Below the pieces are notes generated by a model. The model ran no database searches. It was given only the letters and a program-made list of their open reading frames with translations, and had not been told where the DNA came from. This document shows positions 14,492-20,446 of a stretch of 20,446 bases of DNA, one piece after another (position 1 is the first letter of the stretch; each line of letters opens with the position of its first letter). The position numbers and the translations under genes were made by a program. Source of the stretch: a virus (lineage: Duplodnaviria > Heunggongvirae > Uroviricota > Caudoviricetes). The stretch lies in IMG/VR virus record IMGVR_UViG_2529293217_000011. One strand, 5' to 3'.

Positions 14492-17092
14492 ATGAGCACA
14501 AAACCACTCTTCCTGTTACGGAAAGCGAAAAAATCATCCGGTGAACCTGACGTCGTCCTGTGGGCAAGCAACGATTTTGAATCGACCTGTGCCACTCTGG
14601 ACTACCTGATCGTTAAGTCAGGTAAAAAACTGAGCAGCTATTTTAAAGCTGTTGCCACGAATTTTCCTGTCGTTAATGACCTGCCCGCTGAAGGTGAGAT
14701 CGATTTTACCTGGAGTGAACGCTATCAACTCAGCAAAGACTCCATGACATGGGAACTAAAACCGGGAGCAGCACCAGACAACGCTCACTATCAAGGCAAT
14801 ACCAACGTCAACGGCGAAGACATGACTGAGATTGAGGAGAATATGCTACTCCCAATTTCTGGCCAGGAACTGCCCATTCGTTGGCTTGCTCAACACGGCA
14901 GCGAAAAACCGGTAACGCACGTTTCACGCGACGGACTCCAGGCATTACACATTGCTCGGGCTGAAGAACTACCGGCTGTTACTGCCCTGGCTGTTTCCCA
15001 CAAAACCAGCCTGCTCGACCCGCTGGAAATTCGCGAACTCCACAAACTGGTTCGTGACACTGACAAAGTTTTCCCTAATCCTGGTAATTCAAACCTGGGA
15101 CTGATAACTGCTTTTTTCGAAGCATACCTGAACGCTGACTACACCGATCGAGGACTGCTGACAAAAGAGTGGATGAAGGGTAATCGTGTTTCACACATCA
15201 CTCGCACGGCTTCCGGTGCTAATGCTGGCGGCGGAAACCTCACCGATCGCGGCGAAGGTTTCGTACACGATCTGACGTCACTGGCGCGCGACGTAGCCAC
15301 TGGCGTACTGGCCCGTTCAATGGATCTGGACATCTATAACCTTCATCCGGCACACGCTAAACGCATTGAGGAAATTATCGCTGAAAATAAACCGCCCTTT
15401 TCTGTTTTCCGCGACAAATTCATCACCATGCCTGGCGGGCTGGATTATTCCCGCGCCATCGTGGTTGCGTCCGTAAAAGAAGCACCAATTGGGATCGAGG
15501 TCATCCCCGCGCACGTCACTGAATATCTGAACAAAGTACTGACTGAAACCGATCATGCCAACCCTGATCCGGAAATCGTGGATATTGCCTGCGGTCGCTC
15601 CTCTGCCCCGATGCCGCAGCGAGTAACAGAAGAAGGAAAACAGGATGATGAAGAAAAACCGCAACCATCTGGAACAACGGCAGTTGAACAGGGAGAGGCT
15701 GAAACAATGGAACCGGACGCAACTGAACATCATCAGGACACGCAGCCGCTGGATGCTCAGTCACAGGTAAATTCTGTTGATGCGAAATATCAGGAACTGC
15801 GGGCAGAACTCCATGAAGCCCGGAAAAACATTCCATCAAAAAATCCTGTCGATGCCGATAAATTGCTTGCTGCATCACGTGGTGAATTTGTTGACGGAAT
15901 TAGCGACCCGAACGATCCGAAATGGGTAAAGGGGATCCAGACTCGCGATTGTGTGTACCAGAACCAGCCAGAAACGGAAAAAACCAGCCCGGATATGAAT
16001 CAACCTGAGCCAGTAGTGCAACAGGAACCGGAAATAGCCTGCAATGCCTGCGGCCAGACTGGCGGGGATAACTGCCCTGACTGTGGTGCGGTGATGGGCG
16101 ACGCAACATACCAGGAAACATTCGATGAAGAGAGTCAGGTTGAAGCTAAGGAAAATGATCCGGAGGAAATGGAAGGCGCTGAACATCCGCACAATGAGAA
16201 TGCTGGCAGCGATCCGCATCGCGATTGCAGTGATGAAACTGGCGAAGTCGCAGATCCCGTAATCGTAGAAGACATAGAGCCAGGTATTTATTACGGAATT
16301 TCGAATGAGAATTACCACGCGGGTCCCGGTGTCAGTAAGTCTCAGCTCGATGACATTGCTGATACTCCGGCACTGTATTTGTGGCGTAAAAATGCCCCCG
16401 TGGACACCACAAAGACAAAAACGCTCGATTTAGGAACCGCTTTCCACTGCCGGGTACTTGAGCCGGAAGAATTCAGTAACCGCTTTATCGTAGCACCTGA
16501 ATTTAACCGCCGGACAAACTCCGGAAAAGAAGAAGAGAAAGCGTTTCTGAGGGAATGCGCAAGCACAGGAAAAACGGTTATCACTGCCGAAGAAGGCCGG
16601 AAAATTGAACTCATGTATCAGAGCGTTATGGCTTTGCCGCTGGGGCAATGGCTTGTTGAAAGCGCCGGACACGCTGAATCATCAATTTACTGGGAAGATC
16701 CTGAAACAGCAATTTTGTGTCGGTGCCGTCCGGACAAAATTATCCCTGAATTTCACTGGATCATGGACGTGAAAACTACGGCGGATATTCAACGATTCAA
16801 AACCGCTTATTACGACTACCGCTATCACGTTCAGGATGCATTCTACAGTGACGGTTATGAAGCACAGTTTGGAGTGCAGCCAACTTTCGTTTTTCTGGTT
16901 GCCAGCACAACTATTGAATGCGGACGTTATCCGGTTGAAATTTTCATGATGGGCGAAGAAGCAAAACTGGCAGGTCAGCTGGAATATCACCGCAATCTGC
17001 GAACCCTGGCTGACTGCCTCAATACCGATGAATGGCCAGCTATTAAGACGTTATCACTGCCCCGCTGGGCTAAGGAATATGCAAATGACTAA
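14492..17092 (+). CDS. recE: Exodeoxyribonuclease VIII (RecE), 866 aa, apparently intact
   Basis: Full-length 866-aa ORF recognised as RecE; the C-terminal nuclease region (...[27 protein letters not shown]...) is present. Confidence 0.95.
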   Translation: MSTKPLFLLRKAKKSSGEPDVVLWASNDFESTCATLDYLIVKSGKKLSSYFKAVATNFPVVNDLPAEGEIDFTWSERYQLSKDSMTWELKPGAAPDNAHYQGNTNVNGEDMTEIEENMLLPISGQELPIRWLAQHGSEKPVTHVSRDGLQALHIARAEELPAVTALAVSHKTSLLDPLEIRELHKLVRDTDKVFPNPGNSNLGLITAFFEAYLNADYTDRGLLTKEWMKGNRVSHITRTASGANAGGGNLTDRGEGFVHDLTSLARDVATGVLARSMDLDIYNLHPAHAKRIEEIIAENKPPFSVFRDKFITMPGGLDYSRAIVVASVKEAPIGIEVIPAHVTEYLNKVLTETDHANPDPEIVDIACGRSSAPMPQRVTEEGKQDDEEKPQPSGTTAVEQGEAETMEPDATEHHQDTQPLDAQSQVNSVDAKYQELRAELHEARKNIPSKNPVDADKLLAASRGEFVDGISDPNDPKWVKGIQTRDCVYQNQPETEKTSPDMNQPEPVVQQEPEIACNACGQTGGDNCPDCGAVMGDATYQETFDEESQVEAKENDPEEMEGAEHPHNENAGSDPHRDCSDETGEVADPVIVEDIEPGIYYGISNENYHAGPGVSKSQLDDIADTPALYLWRKNAPVDTTKTKTLDLGTAFHCRVLEPEEFSNRFIVAPEFNRRTNSGKEEEKAFLRECASTGKTVITAEEGRKIELMYQSVMALPLGQWLVESAGHAESSIYWEDPETAILCRCRPDKIIPEFHWIMDVKTTADIQRFKTAYYDYRYHVQDAFYSDGYEAQFGVQPTFVFLVASTTIECGRYPVEIFMMGEEAKLAGQLEYHRNLRTLADCLNTDEWPAIKTLSLPRWAKEYAND

Positions 17093-17894
17093 GCAACCAC
17101 CAATCGCAAAAGCCGATCTGCAAAAAACTCAGGGAAACCGTGCACCAGCAGCAATTAAAAATAACGACGTGATTAGTTTTATTAACCAGCCATCAATGAA
17201 AGAGCAACTGGCAGCAGCTCTTCCACGCCATATGACGGCTGAACGTATGATCCGTATCGCCACCACAGAAATTCGTAAAGTTCCGGCGTTAGGAAACTGT
17301 GACACTATGAGTTTTGTCAGTGCAATCGTACAGTGTTCACAGCTCGGACTTGAGCCCGGTAGCGCCCTCGGTCATGCATATTTACTGCCTTTTGGTAATA
17401 AAAACGAAAAGAGCGGTAAAAAAAACGTTCAGCTAATCATTGGCTATCGAGGCATGATTGATCTGGCTCGCCGTTCAGGTCAAATCGCCAGCTTGTCAGC
17501 CCGTGTTGTCCGTGAAGGTGACGAGTTTAATTTCGAATTTGGCCTTGATGAAAAGTTAATACACCGCCCAGGAGAAAACGAAGATGCCCCTGTTACCCAC
17601 GTCTATGCTGTCGCAAGACTGAAAGACGGAGGTACTCAGTTTGAAGTTATGACGCGCAAACAGATTGAGCTGGTGCGCAGCCAGAGTAAAGCTGGTAATA
17701 ACGGGCCGTGGGTAACTCACTGGGAAGAAATGGCAAAGAAAACGGCTATTCGTCGCCTGTTCAAATATCTGCCCGTATCAATTGAGATCCAGCGTGCAGT
17801 ATCAATGGATGAAAAGGAACCACTGACAATCGATCCTGCAGATTCCTCTGTATTAACCGGGGAATACAGTGTAATCGATAATTCAGAGGAATAA
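17085..17894 (+). CDS. recT: Single-strand annealing recombinase RecT, 269 aa
   Basis: [50 protein letters not shown]...; the start overlaps the recE 3' end by 8 nt; the ORF-track start at 17028 is an upstream in-frame extension. Confidence 0.95.
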   Translation: MTKQPPIAKADLQKTQGNRAPAAIKNNDVISFINQPSMKEQLAAALPRHMTAERMIRIATTEIRKVPALGNCDTMSFVSAIVQCSQLGLEPGSALGHAYLLPFGNKNEKSGKKNVQLIIGYRGMIDLARRSGQIASLSARVVREGDEFNFEFGLDEKLIHRPGENEDAPVTHVYAVARLKDGGTQFEVMTRKQIELVRSQSKAGNNGPWVTHWEEMAKKTAIRRLFKYLPVSIEIQRAVSMDEKEPLTIDPADSSVLTGEYSVIDNSEE

Positions 17895-17949
17895 TTCAGC
17901 CTGGCGGTGTAATGCACCGCCAACTTGAAATATTTTTATGAGAAAAATT

Positions 17950-18099
17950 ATGAGATATGACAATGTTAAACCATGTCCATTTTGTGGTTGTCCATCAGTA
18001 ACGGTGAAAGCCATTTCAGGATATTACCGAGCGAAGTGTAACGGATGCGAATCCCGAACCGGTTATGGTGGAAGTGAAAAAGAAGCACTCGAACGATGA
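17950..18099 (+). pseudogene. ralR: ralR (lar, restriction alleviation), truncated at codon 50 by in-frame TGA; frame continues to 18144
   Basis: MRYDNVKPCPFCGCPSVTVKAISGYYRAKCNGCESRTGYGGSEKEALER then TGA (18097-18099), then in frame NKRTTGNNNGGVHV and TAA. The K-12 RalR I recall is 64 aa with TGG (Trp) at this position. Confidence 0.7.
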
Positions 18100-18136
18100 A
18101 ATAAACGAACCACTGGAAATAATAATGGAGGTGTTC

Positions 18137-18325
18137 ATGTATAAAATTACCGCCACTATTGAAAAGGAAGGTGGCACTCCTACTAACTGGACAAGATATT
18201 CAAAATCTAAACTAACGAAATCAGAATGCGAAAAAATGCTCTCAGGTAAAAAAGAAGCAGGCGTTTCCAGAGAGCAGAAAGTAAAACTGATAAATTTTAA
18301 TTGCGAGAAACTTCAGTCCTCGTGA
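18137..18325 (+). CDS. ydaC: YdaC-like protein, 62 aa as encoded (in-frame TGA, then 6 further sense codons)
   Basis: MYKITATIEKEGGTPTNWTRYSKSKLTKSECEKMLSGKKEAGVSREQKVKLINFNCEKLQSS then TGA (18323-18325), then in frame IALYSN and TAA (18344-18346). The K-12 YdaC I recall is 69 aa ending SSRIALYSN. Confidence 0.7.
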   Translation: MYKITATIEKEGGTPTNWTRYSKSKLTKSECEKMLSGKKEAGVSREQKVKLINFNCEKLQSS

Positions 18326-18424
18326 ATTGCATTGTATTCAAATTAAAACTTCATAGCTGATTATTAATAATCAACATCGGGCGTCAATTTAAGTCTAACA
18401 TTGGCGCCTGCCAGAGGTGATGCG

Positions 18425-18640
18425 ATGGCACAAGTAATCTTTAATGAAGAGTGGATGGTTGAATACGGCCTGATGCTTCGCACTGGTCTGGGGGCCAGAC
18501 AAATTGAAGCATACCGCCAGAACTGTTGGGTGGAAGGCTTCCACTTCAAACGAGTATCTCCTTTAGGGAAGCCAGACAGTAAGCGAGGGATTATCTGGTA
18601 TAACTATCCAAAGATAAATCAGTTTATCAAAGACTCATGA
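18425..18640 (+). CDS. xisR: Excisionase XisR (YdaQ), 71 aa
   Basis: ORF-track frame trimmed to [44 protein letters not shown]...; lies immediately upstream of the integrase. Confidence 0.85.
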   Translation: MAQVIFNEEWMVEYGLMLRTGLGARQIEAYRQNCWVEGFHFKRVSPLGKPDSKRGIIWYNYPKINQFIKDS

Positions 18641-18641
18641 T

Positions 18642-19877
18642 ATGTCTAAATTACCAACAGGTGTCGAGATTCGAGGTAAATACATTCGCATCTGGTTCAT
18701 GTTTCGAGGAAAACGATGTCGGGAAACATTGAAAGGCTGGGAGGTTACTAACAGTAACATTAAAAAAGCCGGGAATTTAAGAGCGTTGATAGTTCATGAA
18801 ATCAATTCCGGTGAGTTTGAGTATTTAAGACGTTTTCCCCAGTCCAGCACTGGGGCAAAAATGGTGACAACGAGGGTCATAAAAACGTTCGGGGAGCTTT
18901 GTGATATCTGGACAAAAATTAAAGAAACAGAGTTAACAACAAACACAATGAAGAAAACGAAATCACAATTAAAAACACTCAGGATAATAATTTGTGAGAG
19001 TACTCCGATATCGCATATTCGTTATAGCGATATCTTAAACTACCGGAATGAACTGCTGCATGGAGAAACGCTTTACCTGGATAATCCAAGATCCAACAAA
19101 AAAGGAAGAACCGTGCGCACAGTTGATAACTATATCGCCCTGCTCTGTTCGTTGTTACGTTTTGCGTATCAGTCGGGATTTATATCAACCAAACCATTTG
19201 AAGGAGTAAAGAAATTACAGAGAAACAGAATAAAGCCTGACCCGTTATCTAAAACAGAATTCAATGCATTAATGGAAAGTGAAAAAGGACAGAGCCAGAA
19301 CTTGTGGAAATTTGCCGTATACTCCGGGCTTCGTCACGGGGAACTGGCTGCTCTGGCGTGGGAGGATGTGGATTTCGAGAAGGGAGTTGTGAATGTCAGA
19401 AGAAACCTGACGATACTGGATATGTTCGGTCCCCCAAAAACAAATGCGGGGATCCGGACGGTAACACTACTGCAGCCTGCTCTTGAAGCACTGAAGGAGC
19501 AATACAAACTGACCGGGCATCATCGCAAAAGCGAAATCACCTTTTATCATCGGGAGTACGGCAGAACCGAAAAGCAAAAACTGCATTTTGTTTTCATGCC
19601 CAGGGTGTGTAACGGAAAACAAAAACCTTATTACTCGGTAAGCAGTTTGGGGGCAAGGTGGAATGCAGCAGTAAAACGTGCTGGTATTCGCCGCCGTAAT
19701 CCGTACCATACGCGGCATACTTTTGCCTGCTGGCTGTTGACGGCAGGAGCGAACCCGGCATTTATAGCCAGCCAAATGGGGCATGAAACTGCGCAGATGG
19801 TGTATGAAATTTACGGTATGTGGATTGATGACATGAACGACGAACAGGTAGCCATGTTGAATGCGCGGTTATCATAG
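18642..19877 (+). CDS. intR: Rac-type tyrosine integrase IntR, 411 aa
   Basis: Full 411-aa ORF (MSKLPTGVEIRGKYIRIWFMFRGKRCRETLKGW...) with C-terminal catalytic region (...HTRHTFACWLLTAGANPAFIASQMGHETAQMVYEIY). Confidence 0.95.
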   Translation: MSKLPTGVEIRGKYIRIWFMFRGKRCRETLKGWEVTNSNIKKAGNLRALIVHEINSGEFEYLRRFPQSSTGAKMVTTRVIKTFGELCDIWTKIKETELTTNTMKKTKSQLKTLRIIICESTPISHIRYSDILNYRNELLHGETLYLDNPRSNKKGRTVRTVDNYIALLCSLLRFAYQSGFISTKPFEGVKKLQRNRIKPDPLSKTEFNALMESEKGQSQNLWKFAVYSGLRHGELAALAWEDVDFEKGVVNVRRNLTILDMFGPPKTNAGIRTVTLLQPALEALKEQYKLTGHHRKSEITFYHREYGRTEKQKLHFVFMPRVCNGKQKPYYSVSSLGARWNAAVKRAGIRRRNPYHTRHTFACWLLTAGANPAFIASQMGHETAQMVYEIYGMWIDDMNDEQVAMLNARLS

Positions 19878-19884
19878 TTGCAAA

Positions 19885-19908
19885 GTTTGCCCCCAATTTG
19901 CCCCATTT
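19885..19908. repeat. Two tandem TTTGCCCC(C/A) units just 3' of intR; putative integrase arm-type sites
   Basis: GTTTGCCCCCAA and TTTGCCCCATTT read directly; same motif as the larger cluster at 20082-20131. Confidence 0.45.
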
Positions 19909-19928
19909 AGTACCAGAGAACTGAAATA

Positions 19929-19988
19929 ATGCAAGAAAATCAACAAATTACAAAGAAAGAACAATACAACCTGAACAAGTCAGAGTAA
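19929..19988 (+). pseudogene. ttcA-like 5' fragment (19 codons) at the prophage junction
   Basis: ATG CAA GAA AAT CAA CAA ATT ACA AAG AAA GAA CAA TAC AAC CTG AAC AAG (MQENQQITKKEQYNLNK) matches the TtcA N-terminus as I recall it, then diverges (SE-stop). Rac is known to integrate in ttcA. Confidence 0.4.
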
Positions 19989-20081
19989 AAACCGCAACTA
20001 TCTGACGAACAATAACTTTTATGTTTTTCAATATGTTAGGCAGGATTAACAACTACAATAAAGCACAATAATCTACACTTT

Positions 20082-20131
20082 TTTTGCCCCATTTTTGCCC
20101 CTTTTGCGGCCTTTTGTCCCATTTTTGCCAC
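20082..20131. repeat. Five tandem roughly 10-bp repeats, consensus TTTTGCCCCA; candidate Int arm-type binding sites or att-region repeats
   Basis: TTTTGCCCCA TTTTTGCCCC TTTTGCGGCC TTTTGTCCCA TTTTTGCCAC with about 10-bp periodicity. Confidence 0.5.
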
Positions 20132-20241
20132 AGTAAAAATCTATAACTAATCAATCTGGCGCCCATGATTTCTTTCCAATAGAATCAGTTCCGGCTGGAA
20201 ATCATTAGATACTCGCACTATCGAAAAGCTTACCAGCCAAC

Positions 20242-20276
20242 CGCGGCACGTTCTTGCATACGAGGTGCCGCGTTTT
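20242..20276 (+). terminator. Hairpin CGCGGCAC...GTGCCGCG followed by TTTTA; possible terminator
   Basis: 8-bp perfect stem, 15-nt loop, U-tract on the + strand; context unknown because the window ends soon after. Confidence 0.3.
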
Positions 20277-20446
20277 ACATGCCGTACCGAGAATTAATTT
20301 CATTTTACGAAAAGTTAACCCGCCATTGCTACCTTAATTTTTTAAAACGAAGTTACCTCTGTCAGGGTCAAAAGCACAATTATCTCTTCCTACAATCATT
20401 GAAACTGCGATTGATTCCCTGCTCAAAGGATGAGCCGCCCTTGTTT

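Noticed and set aside
15139-16990. Series of - strand ORFs (64-147 aa) across recE
   Set aside because: All are antisense to the intact 866-aa recE; this is typical open-frame noise.
1-20446. CRISPR arrays, insertion sequences or transposase genes
   Set aside because: No regularly spaced direct repeats with unique spacers, no terminal inverted repeats flanking a transposase-like ORF; the only recombinase is the prophage integrase.

Overview
The window is almost entirely a Rac-type lambdoid prophage from an Escherichia-like enterobacterium. The right half carries the early-left operon on the + strand: kilR, ydaE, racC, recE (866 aa), recT (269 aa), ralR, ydaC, xisR and intR (411 aa), ending in an att-like region with tandem TTTTGCCCC repeats and a short ttcA-5'-like fragment. 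Leftward on the - strand lie the immunity and replication genes (Cro-like/YdaS, YdaT, YdaU, DnaC-like YdaV, YdaW-like), several small genes, a nin-type region (DUF1367-like, YbcO-like, a Q-candidate), a terminator, two tRNA genes (anticodons CAT and TCT) and the start of a further gene. An HTH repressor, ydaG, ydaF and sieB sit between the two arms. The main item of interest is a low-GC three-gene cassette at about 2.5-6.6 kb, between the replication and nin genes: a GHKL (Bergerat-fold) ATPase, a translationally coupled 330-aa protein with no recognisable motifs, and a convergent C5-cytosine DNA methyltransferase. I read this as a candidate MORC-like restriction-modification or defence module carried as a prophage moron. 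Three prophage genes also carry in-frame premature stop codons with the reading frame continuing intact beyond them. All family assignments rest on motif reading and recalled K-12 Rac proteins, not on database searches.
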